Assembly: GCA_029862125.1 (NCBI GenBank)
Contig: JAOTXY010000008.1
Span: forward strand, 1,411-65,410
DNA length: 64,000 nucleotides
Source: Gammaproteobacteria bacterium
GTDB taxonomy: Bacteria > Pseudomonadota > Gammaproteobacteria > GCA-001735895
Direction: 5' to 3'
Part shown: positions 8,466 to 18,429 of the stretch, one piece after another
Layout of the letters: every line of letters begins with the position of its first letter
How positions within the stretch are numbered: the first letter of the stretch is position 1
Program-made: the position numbers and the translations under genes
Notes under the pieces: model-generated
What the model was told of the DNA's origin: nothing
What the model saw: the letters and a program-made list of their open reading frames with translations, nothing else
The model's database searches: none

Positions 8466-9563
8466 ATGTCGAGTGATAATTCCCTTGTACGATTCGTCGA
8501 TATACAAAAAAGTTACGACGGCGTATCGCTGGTTGTAAAAAGCCTCAATCTTGATGTTGCCCATGGAGAGTTCCTAACCATGCTCGGGCCATCGGGTTCC
8601 GGAAAAACAACTTGCCTGATGATGCTCGCCGGATTTGAACCGGCCACCCACGGTGAAATATACCTCAAGGATAACCCGATAAATCGAGTTCCACCCCACA
8701 AACGCGGAATCGGCATGGTGTTCCAGAATTATGCGCTTTTCCCGCATATGACCGTGGCAGAAAACCTTGCCTTCCCACTCCAGGTTCGCGACATGGATAA
8801 GTCCGAACAGAAGCAACGCGTCGACCGCGCACTGGATATGGTGCAACTGGGCCCCTTTGGTGATCGGCGCCCGGCACAACTTTCTGGTGGACAACAGCAA
8901 CGTGTCGCGGTCGCACGATCGCTGGTTTTCGACCCCGACCTGGTGCTTATGGACGAACCGCTCGGCGCGCTGGATAAAAATCTGCGTGAGCAGATGCAAT
9001 ATGAAATCAAGCACATCAGCGAAAACCTCGGATTGACTGTAGTCTATGTTACCCACGATCAAAGCGAAGCACTGACCATGTCAAACCGCATCGCGGTATT
9101 TGATGATGGCATCATCCAGCAATGCGCACCACCCGAAGTATTATACGAAAAACCTGAAAACGCTTTCTGCGCCAATTTTATCGGTGAAAATAACCGCTTT
9201 CTGGGCAAGGTTTCAGAAGATAACGGTGATACGGTCAAGGTTGAGATCGACAACAACGCCGGCACCGTCATTGCCAAAAAAGTTAACGTTGGTGGAGTGG
9301 GTGATAGAAGCACATTATCACTGAGGCCCGAGCGCGTCACGGTTAACCCGGAACCGGGCTCATTACCCAATATTTTCAACGGCGTTGCCGAAGAGTTGAT
9401 CTACCTCGGAGACCACATCCGTACCCGTTTCACGGTATTGGGGCATGACGATTTTATTGTAAAGATTCCAAATTCAGCCAATCACGCGCAACTTGAAGAA
9501 GGTGGCACGGCTAATATCGGCTGGACCGCGGAAGACTGTCGAGCACTGGACCCATCGGATTAG
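8466..9563 (+). CDS. ABC transporter ATP-binding protein (PotA/spermidine-putrescine type) with a C-terminal TOBE domain
   Basis: Walker A GPSGSGKTT, ABC signature LSGGQQQRVAVARSL, Walker B LVLMDEP and a C-terminal regulatory domain of about 120 aa. Confidence 0.85.
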   Translation: MSSDNSLVRFVDIQKSYDGVSLVVKSLNLDVAHGEFLTMLGPSGSGKTTCLMMLAGFEPATHGEIYLKDNPINRVPPHKRGIGMVFQNYALFPHMTVAENLAFPLQVRDMDKSEQKQRVDRALDMVQLGPFGDRRPAQLSGGQQQRVAVARSLVFDPDLVLMDEPLGALDKNLREQMQYEIKHISENLGLTVVYVTHDQSEALTMSNRIAVFDDGIIQQCAPPEVLYEKPENAFCANFIGENNRFLGKVSEDNGDTVKVEIDNNAGTVIAKKVNVGGVGDRSTLSLRPERVTVNPEPGSLPNIFNGVAEELIYLGDHIRTRFTVLGHDDFIVKIPNSANHAQLEEGGTANIGWTAEDCRALDPSD

Positions 9564-9635
9564 TTTCCGGAGTAATAGGCCATTCGACGAATTTTTCGTT
9601 TATTTATAACTAGATACAAGTAAAGAGGAGCAATT

Positions 9636-10730
9636 TTGATGAACAAGATTTTAACAAAGACCCTGCTGGCGACAGTAGCAGCTGGAGTGGTCTCGATCGC
9701 CCACGCGGATATTACGATGGTCGTGGTTTCCTGGGGTGGTGCCTATACTAAAAGCCAACAACGGGCTTATCACGAACCCTATATGGCTAATAATCCGGGC
9801 GTAACCATAGTTAACGACGATTCCGCTTCGGAAGGAGCCTCAAAACTGAGGGCACAAGTGGAAGCGGGCAATGTTACCTGGGACTTACTCGACGCTGAAG
9901 CGCCAAATGCCATAACGTTATGCGACGAAGGCCTGGTCGAAGAAATTGATTTCGACAAGGATTTGGCTCCGGCACCCGATGGAACCCCGGCCAGTGTAGA
10001 TTTCGGCAAGGCACTCGTATCAGACTGCTTTATTCCGCAGATCGCCTATTCGACCACACTTGGCTATCGTTCCGATATTTTTGATGTCGCGCCCACCAAA
10101 ATGGCGGATGTCTTCGATCTGAAAAAATTCCCCGGCAAGCGTTCCCTCGAGAAACGTCCCGATCCGAATCTGGAATGGGCCCTGATTGCCGACGGCGTCC
10201 CACCTGCAGATGTTTATAAAGTGCTGGATACCGAGGAAGGAGTCGCCAGAGCTTTCGCAAAACTGGACACCATCAAGGACCAGGTTGTCTGGTGGACCAA
10301 GGGCTCCCAGCCGATGCAGTTACTCGCCGATGGAGAGGTGGCGTTTGGTTCCGCCTACAACGGCCGGTTGTTCGAGGCAATCGAAGTCAACAAGCAGCCG
10401 ATTAAGATGCTCTGGGATGCACAAGCAATTCAGTTAGACGGCTGGGTGGTTCCCAAGGGTGCACCTAATAAGGACGAAGTAATGAAATACCTGCGTTTTG
10501 CAACCGACACTCAACGGCTTGCAGACCAGGCAAAATTCATTTCTTATGGCCCGTTGCGCGCCTCGTCGGCACCGATGGTTGGTAAACACGCAGACCTCGG
10601 CATAGATATGGCCCCACATATGCCAACGGCACCCGAGAATATGAAAGGAGCCATTTTCTATGATTTCGAATGGTGGGCGGATAACAAGGACGATCTGGCC
10701 GAACGTTTTGAAGCATGGCTGGCTAAATAG
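9636..10730 (+). CDS. ABC transporter periplasmic substrate-binding protein (PotD/PotF-like family)
   Basis: It has a signal peptide and is about 364 aa. It sits within an ABC operon between the ATPase and the permeases. Confidence 0.7.
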   Translation: MMNKILTKTLLATVAAGVVSIAHADITMVVVSWGGAYTKSQQRAYHEPYMANNPGVTIVNDDSASEGASKLRAQVEAGNVTWDLLDAEAPNAITLCDEGLVEEIDFDKDLAPAPDGTPASVDFGKALVSDCFIPQIAYSTTLGYRSDIFDVAPTKMADVFDLKKFPGKRSLEKRPDPNLEWALIADGVPPADVYKVLDTEEGVARAFAKLDTIKDQVVWWTKGSQPMQLLADGEVAFGSAYNGRLFEAIEVNKQPIKMLWDAQAIQLDGWVVPKGAPNKDEVMKYLRFATDTQRLADQAKFISYGPLRASSAPMVGKHADLGIDMAPHMPTAPENMKGAIFYDFEWWADNKDDLAERFEAWLAK

Positions 10731-10759
10731 AGGCTGTTAAAGAGACTCTGGCAAAAATT

Positions 10760-10789
10760 AATCCGGGGCTCCGATGAGGGCCCCGGATT
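10760..10789 (+). terminator. Perfect 10-bp stem-loop (AATCCGGGGC...GCCCCGGATT) between the binding-protein and permease genes; possible intra-operon attenuator or RNA-stabilising hairpin
   Basis: A perfect inverted repeat is visible directly. On the + strand there is no T-tract after it, but an A-tract precedes it. Confidence 0.35.
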
Positions 10790-10815
10790 AAACTAACGAA
10801 ACGGAACAACATAAA

Positions 10816-12090
10816 ATGGCTACTGCCGAAGCTGAAAATAATGAAGTGATTACGACCGCCGATGGCGTTCCGTTGAAGGAAAGTCTGAAGAAGGCGCTTT
10901 GGCAACGCAAAAAAACAGCATTGCTGCTGGTGGCGCCACTGTTTTTGTTCGTCCTGATTACCTTCCTTATTCCTATCTTCGACATGCTCATTCGCAGCGT
11001 TGATAATTCAATTGCTGGCGAGCAATTCCCTGGAGTGGTCGTAGAATTAAGCGACTGGGCGCTCGATTCCACCGAGTTGCCCGACGAGGCTACATTTCAG
11101 GCGCTGATACAAGATTTCAAAGTTGGCGCCAAGGAAAAAACCATTAGTCGCCTGGGCAGGCGCCTGAACTATGAAAAGTCGGGCATGTCCGGCTTATTTA
11201 GAAAAACCGCACGCAAGATTAAAAAACTGGAAAGCCCGGAATCTGCAACAGCAGCAATGATTGCCATCGACAAGAAATGGGGCAACATCGAAACCTGGAG
11301 ACTGATCAAACGAGAAAGTGGTAAATACTCCAGTTCCTACTACCTCGCCGCATTCGATGCCAAAAAGAATAGCGACGGCTCGTTTTCGATGAAAAGCGAG
11401 GAACAACAAGTCTACCTTAACTTATTTTGGCGAACCATCAGGTTAAGTTTCACGATAACCTTTCTGACTATTATTTTAGGCTACCCGATCGCCTACCTGT
11501 TATCGACCGTAAAAACCAAGACCAGCAATATGTTAATTATCCTGGTGTTGCTGCCATTCTGGACCTCGCTGCTGGTCAGAACCTCGTCCTGGATCGCGTT
11601 ATTACAAAAAGAAGGGGTGATTAACGACATCCTGGTTGGTCTCGGATTACTAGGTGACGATAATCGACTGGCGATGATACATAACGAAGCCGGCACCGTT
11701 ATCGCGATGACCCATATCCTGCTGCCGTTCATGGTTTTGCCGCTATTCAGCGTGATGAAAACCATTCCGCCAAGTTGGGTGCGAGCGGCACGATCGATGG
11801 GGGCAACCCCTTTTACGGCGTTTGTGCGCATTTACCTGCCAAATACCGTCGCAGGGATCGGCGCGGGCGGTATTCTGGTGTTTATACTGGCGATCGGATA
11901 TTACATCACGCCGGCACTGGTAGGCGGCACTAAGGGCACCTTGATCAGCAACTTTATTGCCTATCATGTTTCAACGTCTCTGAACTGGGGCCTGGCCGCC
12001 GCGCTTGGAACCATACTGCTGCTGCTGGTATTAGCCTTGTATATTCTGTACGACAAAGTCGTCGGCATCAATAATATGAAACTGGGGTAG
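10816..12090 (+). CDS. ABC transporter permease (PotB-like) with a ~160 aa hydrophilic insertion after TM1
   Basis: The C-terminal two-thirds is a typical ABC type-1 permease (EAA-like region ...ARSMGATPFTAFVRIYLP...). TM1 is followed by a long soluble segment. Confidence 0.75.
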   Translation: MATAEAENNEVITTADGVPLKESLKKALWQRKKTALLLVAPLFLFVLITFLIPIFDMLIRSVDNSIAGEQFPGVVVELSDWALDSTELPDEATFQALIQDFKVGAKEKTISRLGRRLNYEKSGMSGLFRKTARKIKKLESPESATAAMIAIDKKWGNIETWRLIKRESGKYSSSYYLAAFDAKKNSDGSFSMKSEEQQVYLNLFWRTIRLSFTITFLTIILGYPIAYLLSTVKTKTSNMLIILVLLPFWTSLLVRTSSWIALLQKEGVINDILVGLGLLGDDNRLAMIHNEAGTVIAMTHILLPFMVLPLFSVMKTIPPSWVRAARSMGATPFTAFVRIYLPNTVAGIGAGGILVFILAIGYYITPALVGGTKGTLISNFIAYHVSTSLNWGLAAALGTILLLLVLALYILYDKVVGINNMKLG

Positions 12091-12093
12091 ACG

Positions 12094-12945
12094 ATGGCCT
12101 TACCAATTCACGCCACACTGGGCGAACGCATCTGGCATTACTGCTTTTTGACCATCTGCGTATTAATCTTCGCATTCCTGATATTTCCGATCCTGATTAT
12201 TTTACCGCTATCGTTCAACGCGCAGCCATTTTTCTCCTTTACTTCGGAAATGCTTCAGCTCCAGCCCGAAGCCTTTACCACCAAGTGGTACGAGGAATTT
12301 TTAACCAGCCGCAACTGGCAGGGTGCTGTTAAAAACAGTTTCATCATCGCTTTTTTCTCAACGATCATATCAACTTTTCTGGGTACCCTGGCTGCACTGG
12401 GACTGAGTCGGCCCGATTTCCCGTTTAAAACCACGATTATGGGCCTACTGATTTCGCCCATGGTGGTGCCGCTGATCATTTCCGCCGCGGGGATGTTTTT
12501 CTTTTACTCGAGAATCGGATTGCAGGGTACGCATGTCGGTGTCATATTGGCACACGCGGCCCTGGCAACCCCCTTTGTGGTGATCACGGTTACCGCCACC
12601 CTCACCGGCTTTGATCACAGCCTGACTCGCGCCGCCGCCAGCCTGGGTTCTTCGCCTACCCATACTTTCTTCCATGTCACCGTGCCGCTGATTATACCCG
12701 GTGTCATCTCCGGAGGGCTGTTCGCGTTTATCACCTCGTTCGATGAAGTCGTGGTGGTGTTATTCGTTGGCAGTTACAACCAGAGAACCATACCCTGGCA
12801 AATGTTTTCGGGAATCAGGGAGCAGATCAGCCCTACCATTATGGCAGTTGCTACCATATTGATTATGATATCAGTCACGTTATTGGTATTTCTGGAACTG
12901 ATGCGCCGGCGCACCGAACGTTTACGCGGTATTACCCCCCACTAA
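12094..12945 (+). CDS. ABC transporter permease (PotC-like)
   Basis: 283 aa and polytopic, with a permease signature (...AAASLGSSPTHTFFHVTVPLIIPGV...). The start is 4 nt after the upstream permease stop. Confidence 0.8.
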   Translation: MALPIHATLGERIWHYCFLTICVLIFAFLIFPILIILPLSFNAQPFFSFTSEMLQLQPEAFTTKWYEEFLTSRNWQGAVKNSFIIAFFSTIISTFLGTLAALGLSRPDFPFKTTIMGLLISPMVVPLIISAAGMFFFYSRIGLQGTHVGVILAHAALATPFVVITVTATLTGFDHSLTRAAASLGSSPTHTFFHVTVPLIIPGVISGGLFAFITSFDEVVVVLFVGSYNQRTIPWQMFSGIREQISPTIMAVATILIMISVTLLVFLELMRRRTERLRGITPH

Positions 12946-12954
12946 TCGCCCTCG

Positions 12955-13854
12955 TTAATCGCCGAGCGAAAATCCCGTCTGGTGGACAACCCCGGCGGCT
13001 ACCAGTTCGTCAACTTCAGGCCACCACATACTCTCCGGGGGGTGCATGAATATTTTGTCGATAAACCCCGGCGCAATTCCCTGTTTTACGAATATTGCCA
13101 TGTCCCTGGCTTGCTCGTTGTCAACATTGATCGAGGGAATAAGGCTGTAGGTCTTGTACTGGTGAAATCCCAGTCTTGCGTTCGTTCCCAGTGAGCGGGT
13201 AACGCCGGCGACAAACGCAGTTGTGCAAGACGACAGGCATTGTTCCAGGGAGATAGTTTGCAGCTTGTTTTCCCTGATTATTCTTGCCAATCCCCTGCCT
13301 TCATATATCTGGCCACCCACACTATCAAGGATTATTCCGGTAACCTGCGGATACCGATCAATTAAATCCGAGACATTATTCGTGATGCCAATTTCAAACG
13401 GGCCACGCAAGTGGATGAGGGTATCTTGTTTGATCAGGTCAAGCGTGTATTCAGGTATGGGCGGACTGATTCCCTCGAGCGCCAGCTTGTGTTTATAAAT
13501 TTGCAAGGACTGATAAGTCTCTACCGTTGAAAGTAAAATTACCGCCAAACTCACGGCCACCGCAAATTGTGCTGCAATCGCCGGCATCCGGCCGGTGTTC
13601 AATCTGATACGCGTAGCGCAGGTGCGTAAAACGCCAACCACCTGCCAGGGATAAATGACCAGCTTTACGACGACGAAGTAAACCAGTACTGCGGTCGTAA
13701 CGGCTAATTCATCGACAATAAAGGGTGGAAATATTAATCTCTCCAGCAAGCCAAGTGCAAAAAACAACAGAACGAAATTAATCCAAAAGGCCCGGGTTAA
13801 CGAAAACCCACCCTGCCAATGTTTCTTTATGTAATGTAATAGCTGCGACTTCAT
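12955..13854 (-). CDS. Membrane protein with ~4 N-terminal TM helices and a C-terminal ClpP/crotonase-fold (S14/S49-like peptidase) domain
   Basis: The C-terminal region aligns by eye to the ClpP core: ILDSVGGQI... (cf. INSPGG), ...CLSSCTTAFVAG (cf. CMGQAASMGAFLL) and ...NARLGFHQY (cf. NSRIMIHQP). Confidence 0.4.
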   Translation of the reverse strand: MKSQLLHYIKKHWQGGFSLTRAFWINFVLLFFALGLLERLIFPPFIVDELAVTTAVLVYFVVVKLVIYPWQVVGVLRTCATRIRLNTGRMPAIAAQFAVAVSLAVILLSTVETYQSLQIYKHKLALEGISPPIPEYTLDLIKQDTLIHLRGPFEIGITNNVSDLIDRYPQVTGIILDSVGGQIYEGRGLARIIRENKLQTISLEQCLSSCTTAFVAGVTRSLGTNARLGFHQYKTYSLIPSINVDNEQARDMAIFVKQGIAPGFIDKIFMHPPESMWWPEVDELVAAGVVHQTGFSLGD

Positions 13855-14278
13855 TTTATATTAGTTCAGAGCCAAAACAGTCCCGGTAACTATCCACCGA
13901 TTCGAGTTGCAGTCGTTTATACTACAGCGAATTGAAATGAATGGGAGCCATACATTTTGGTGATAAGTGCGCATCAATTGTTGCTGGCCTCAATAGCCGC
14001 TGCCGTATTAAGAACGGCGAACACTGGTTCCATAACGGCAAAGATGTTTTCGGGCACCTGCCGAACGGACCATAAGTAACGCCTCGCACCATTGTTGCTA
14101 ATCCCGAATGGTGGCAGACAATAGTAGTGTCGTGGATGAAGGTTACGCCGCATGAATTAGCTCACTCTGACCACTGTATTCAGGTAGAAAAACCCGGGCA
14201 CTATTCAGATCTGGGCTTCAGGTCTCCACCATCACAGGAATTCACACCTTAATTTTTAAAAATGTTAGTCTTGACGGT

Positions 14279-14509
14279 ATGAATATCGATGACAAGGTGT
14301 ACTACCTGTACACCGATAAGAATGGCACCCCGATAAAATTCGCGGCCATCGTGCTGGGCCTCAAGACCGACGGTATTCTGATCCGCGTCGGTCGTTATGA
14401 TGTGCACAGCAAGGAAGTTTCGACTTTTGAATCGGTGGTCTCGGAGGCTGCGCTACAACCACGCTCTGTTCCCTGTAGCTATGAAGGTGAACTGCAGGGC
14501 AAGGCATAA
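14279..14509 (+). CDS. Small hypothetical protein (76 aa)
   Basis: An ORF immediately upstream of the AEC paralog, 6 nt from its start. I recognise no motif; it may be spurious or a leader peptide. Confidence 0.25.
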   Translation: MNIDDKVYYLYTDKNGTPIKFAAIVLGLKTDGILIRVGRYDVHSKEVSTFESVVSEAALQPRSVPCSYEGELQGKA

Positions 14510-14515
14510 CACCCG

Positions 14516-15445
14516 TTGATCACGACCCTCAATGCCATCGCCCCGATCTTCCTGATCATTGCTACCGGTTACCTGCTTTTCAGAACCCGGATCGTCGATG
14601 AGTCGGTCTGGTCCGCGATCGAGCACATCTGTTTCTACCTGCTGTTCCCGTTTCTGATTATCCGCACACTGAGTCGCGCCAATCTCGGCAGCGTACCGGT
14701 GTTCGATTTCATGGCTGTCATCGTGGTTGCCATCCTCGGTATGTCGGCATTGCTAATCCTGATCCAGGCATTTATCTGGAAACGCTTCCCGCAAAGTGGG
14801 CCCAGTTTCAGCAGCATATTCCAGGGCGCAACCCGATTTCACGGTTTCGTAGCGATCGCCGTCATCGGTCCACTCTACGGCGATACCGGGGTAACCCTGG
14901 CGGCGTTGGCGCTGGCCATCATGGTGCCTTTGCTGAACGTTATTTCGGTCGTTGTTTTATCGGTCTACGGGCACAGCGATACCCGACCCCAGGTAATCGC
15001 GGTTGTCAAAAAAATTGTCACCAATCCGCTAATCATCGCCTGCATCGTGGGACTGCTTTTCAACTGGCTTGGCGTACCTGACATCCTGTTCGACGCAATC
15101 GATATCATCGGCGCCGGGGGTCTTGGCCTGGCATTGCTCGCGGTCGGGGCGGGCATGAACTTCGGCCAGGCGGCACAGCACAAGATGCTGCTCACGGTCG
15201 GCGTTCTTACCCGCCTGATCGGCATGCCGGCGATCGTCATTGCAATGTCATGGTTGGTCGGCCTCGACGGGATAGCACGTACCGTCGCTATCATCGCCGG
15301 CGCGGTACCGACCGCGGCCTCGGCTTATGTCATGGCGCGCAAAATGGGCGGCAACGCGGAGTTGATGTCGAGTATCGTAACCTTCCAGGTCTTTGTCGCC
15401 TTCTTTACCCTGCCACTGTTCATTTATATTGCCGAACAGCTTTAG
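14516..15445 (+). CDS. AEC-family transporter (second paralog)
   Basis: 309 aa and polytopic, with a TTG start and a weak AAGG Shine-Dalgarno. The N-terminus (LNAIAPIFLIIATGYLLFR) is AEC-like. Confidence 0.6.
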   Translation: MITTLNAIAPIFLIIATGYLLFRTRIVDESVWSAIEHICFYLLFPFLIIRTLSRANLGSVPVFDFMAVIVVAILGMSALLILIQAFIWKRFPQSGPSFSSIFQGATRFHGFVAIAVIGPLYGDTGVTLAALALAIMVPLLNVISVVVLSVYGHSDTRPQVIAVVKKIVTNPLIIACIVGLLFNWLGVPDILFDAIDIIGAGGLGLALLAVGAGMNFGQAAQHKMLLTVGVLTRLIGMPAIVIAMSWLVGLDGIARTVAIIAGAVPTAASAYVMARKMGGNAELMSSIVTFQVFVAFFTLPLFIYIAEQL

Positions 15446-15450
15446 AATCG

Positions 15451-16584
15451 TCATTGCGGCGGAATCAGGACGAAATTACCGAAATGCTGTTTCTTGAGGA
15501 ACTCCCGCTGTGCGATTGCGATATCTTCCAGCGCAAAGGTTTTTGCGACCAACGGGATAATTTCATCGCGCTCGATATAACCGACCAGGTTGGGAAACAC
15601 CGGTTCATCCCAGGAGGTACAGCCGATGAGCCTTAAATCCTTGAGATAAAAATCGCGCATGTCCATGCTGACCATGGGCCCCGCAATGGCACCGGACGAT
15701 GCATAGCGACCGCCCCGGCTGAGAAGCTTCAGCAATGGCGTAAACCCGCCACCGGCAACATTGTCGATAACCACGTCGACGCTGGATTCACCCAGTTCGG
15801 CAATCAAATCGGCGTCGCGCTCGACTATCCGGTCGATGTCGAGCTGTGCAACCGCGTCCATCTTGGATTTTCCAACGACCGCGGTTACCCGCGCGCCCCT
15901 GCGTTTAGCCAGTTGCACCACGGCCGAGCCTACCCCGCCCGAGGCCCCGGTTACCAGCACGCGATCGCTCGCACCAACGCCGGCACGATGGACCATGTTT
16001 TCAGCGGTTCCATAGGCACATGGGATAGTCGCGAGTTCGACATCGCTCCAGTTACAGTCAACCCTGAAAACCTCGCTCGCCGGTACCCTGACATACTGCG
16101 CAAAGGCACCGTCAAAATCGGAGGCCATCCAGATATTTTCGAGCGAGTCGAATCCGTTCAGGCGCATGCAGGCCCGCACCAGAACGCGTTGCCCTGACCA
16201 TGAAGAATCGACATCGTCAGCCTGGTCTACCACCTCACCACAGCAATCCGTGCCCTGGATGAATGGAAAGGGTGTGCCGGCATTCCAGCCGCCGTCAGCG
16301 AGCTGACCCTTGTCATCATCGCTACTGGCGAATTGCTCGGTACCGCCGGTGACCGAGGATGAGTACCAACCCAGTCGGGTATTGATCTCGGTATTGTTAA
16401 CCCCGGCGGCAAGTACCTTCAGCAACAGCTCGCCGGGCCCCGCAAGCGGAATCGGCACATCACGATACTCGAGCCGGTCATAATCACCGTTGCCGGTAGT
16501 CACTACTGCTTTCATGGTTTTCTGACCGCGACCCGGCTCGAAGCGATCGGGATACAACCGGGTTAAATAACTTAGATCAGGCAC
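15451..16584 (-). CDS. Zinc-binding alcohol dehydrogenase / quinone oxidoreductase (MDR superfamily)
   Basis: It has a GroES-like N-terminal domain and a Rossmann GxGxxG (VTGASGGVGSAVVQLAKRRGA). The GTG start is preceded by GGGAGGA. Confidence 0.7.
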   Translation of the reverse strand: MPDLSYLTRLYPDRFEPGRGQKTMKAVVTTGNGDYDRLEYRDVPIPLAGPGELLLKVLAAGVNNTEINTRLGWYSSSVTGGTEQFASSDDDKGQLADGGWNAGTPFPFIQGTDCCGEVVDQADDVDSSWSGQRVLVRACMRLNGFDSLENIWMASDFDGAFAQYVRVPASEVFRVDCNWSDVELATIPCAYGTAENMVHRAGVGASDRVLVTGASGGVGSAVVQLAKRRGARVTAVVGKSKMDAVAQLDIDRIVERDADLIAELGESSVDVVIDNVAGGGFTPLLKLLSRGGRYASSGAIAGPMVSMDMRDFYLKDLRLIGCTSWDEPVFPNLVGYIERDEIIPLVAKTFALEDIAIAQREFLKKQHFGNFVLIPPQ

Positions 16585-16752
16585 TCTGTAGTCCTCCCAT
16601 CTTAATCGCTTAAATCATTATTGTAATCCGCCGGATTGTCGCATATCGTGGCGTAACCGGGATGATAATTAAAAAAATGGGCTTGTGACTTTCATCAATT
16701 CGACCCGGTAGCGAAATCAATATAATCACTGTGTTTTTACTAGACTTACCCT

Positions 16753-18420
16753 ATGGGCGAATACTTCGATCTCGGAAAATATAAACGCACGATAACCACC
16801 ACGGTGGCCGGGGCAAACTCGTGGTTTGTGCGCGGCCTGATCTGGTGCTATGGCTTTAACCAGGAAGAAGCGGTGCGCTGTTTCGAGAAAGTCGTCGAGC
16901 TCGATCCGAAGTGTGCAATGGGCTACTGGGGCATCGCCTATGCCGAGGGCCCATTTTACAACAAGCCCTGGGCCTGGTACGGCTTAAAGGAGCGTGATCG
17001 GGCAATTGCCCGCTGCCATGAATACGCGTCCAGGGCCTTCCAACTAAAGCAGGGTACAAGCCCGGTTGAGCAGGCGCTGATCGACGCGCTCTGTGCCAAG
17101 CACCCCGCCGCTCATGCGAAGGACTTTGCCGAGCTGGAAAACTGGACACAGGATTACGCGGATGCAATGCGCCAGGTGCACGATGAATTTGGCGATGACC
17201 TGGATGTTGTCTGCCTCTGCGCCGAGGCAGTCATGAACCTGACACCCTGGAAGCTGTGGGATTTGCAGCACGGCGTCCCGGCGACAGATGCCTGCACCGA
17301 AGAGGCGATCGCTATTCTCGAACATGGCCTGCAGATCGTCGAACGCGACGGGCTCGAGCCACATCCCGGCATTCTGCATTTTTATATTCACGTTTACGAA
17401 ATGTCGCCGACCCCCGAAAAAGCCCTGGCCTGCGCGAATCAATTGCGCAATCTATGCCCCGAGGCCGGGCACCTGGTCCACATGGCGAGTCACATCGATA
17501 GCCTTTGCGGACATTGGCAGGATGCCGCCGATGCCAATCGCCGCGCGATCAAGGTTGACAAGAAATATGTCGAACTGCGCGGCAGAAAAGAGTTTTACAT
17601 GATCTCGGTGGTGCACAACCACGATTTCAACATCTGGGCGTCGATGTTTCTGGGTCAATATCGCAAGGCCCTGGAAAGCGCTGACAACATTTGCGACCTG
17701 GTTCGGGACAAAAGGAACCTGGGGGACAAGTGGTACCTGGCTTCCACCCTGGACGGCTACTACGCCGGGCGTGCGCATGTACTGGTACGCTTCGGACGCT
17801 GGCAGCAAATTTGTGATGAAGATATGCCCTATAAGCCCGACGAGGTGCCGATTACGACGATTTTTCTGGTGTACGCCAAGGCAATCGCACACGCAGCCCT
17901 GGGTGACCTGGAAACGGGCCGAGCCTACCAACACCAGTTTTATGAGCTCTATCGACAGGTTCCTGAATGGCATGTCATGGCTAACAACCCGAGCCGCGAC
18001 ATTCTCGCGGTCGCGCAGGCGATGATGAATGGTGAAGTCGAGTACCACGCCGGCAATCACGAACTCGGGTTTCGCTATTTACGTGAAGCGATCGTGCTGT
18101 GCGATCACCTCGAGTACTCGGAGCCCTGGCCCTGGATGCATCCACCCCGTCATGCGCTCGGTGCACTGTTGCTTGAGCAAGGTCGGGTCGATGAAGCACT
18201 GCTTCATTACGAAGACGACCTCGGTATCCAAAACCGGCTGCCGCGCTGCGCCCAACATCCCGACAATATCTGGGGCATGCACGGTTACCATGAATGCCTG
18301 ACCCGGCTCGGGCACCTGGATGAAGCCGCAGCCGTCAAACCACGTCTCGACGAACTGACGCGGCAGTCCGATATCGAAATCAAGTCATCCTGCTGCTGCC
18401 GAGGCATGCAGGCCAGCTAA
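16753..18420 (+). CDS. Hypothetical protein (555 aa) with TPR-like helical repeats
   Basis: A long clean ORF with helical-repeat character in its N-terminal part. No catalytic motif recognised. Confidence 0.4.
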   Translation: MGEYFDLGKYKRTITTTVAGANSWFVRGLIWCYGFNQEEAVRCFEKVVELDPKCAMGYWGIAYAEGPFYNKPWAWYGLKERDRAIARCHEYASRAFQLKQGTSPVEQALIDALCAKHPAAHAKDFAELENWTQDYADAMRQVHDEFGDDLDVVCLCAEAVMNLTPWKLWDLQHGVPATDACTEEAIAILEHGLQIVERDGLEPHPGILHFYIHVYEMSPTPEKALACANQLRNLCPEAGHLVHMASHIDSLCGHWQDAADANRRAIKVDKKYVELRGRKEFYMISVVHNHDFNIWASMFLGQYRKALESADNICDLVRDKRNLGDKWYLASTLDGYYAGRAHVLVRFGRWQQICDEDMPYKPDEVPITTIFLVYAKAIAHAALGDLETGRAYQHQFYELYRQVPEWHVMANNPSRDILAVAQAMMNGEVEYHAGNHELGFRYLREAIVLCDHLEYSEPWPWMHPPRHALGALLLEQGRVDEALLHYEDDLGIQNRLPRCAQHPDNIWGMHGYHECLTRLGHLDEAAAVKPRLDELTRQSDIEIKSSCCCRGMQAS

Positions 18421-18429
18421 AGAAATATT

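Noticed and set aside
8574-9379. Minus-strand ORFs (162, 95 and 106 aa) inside the ABC ATPase gene
   Set aside because: They are antisense to a gene carrying Walker A, Walker B and signature motifs.
17452-18060. 202-aa minus-strand ORF inside the TPR-like gene
   Set aside because: It is antisense to the longer, cleaner 555-aa ORF and shows no motifs.
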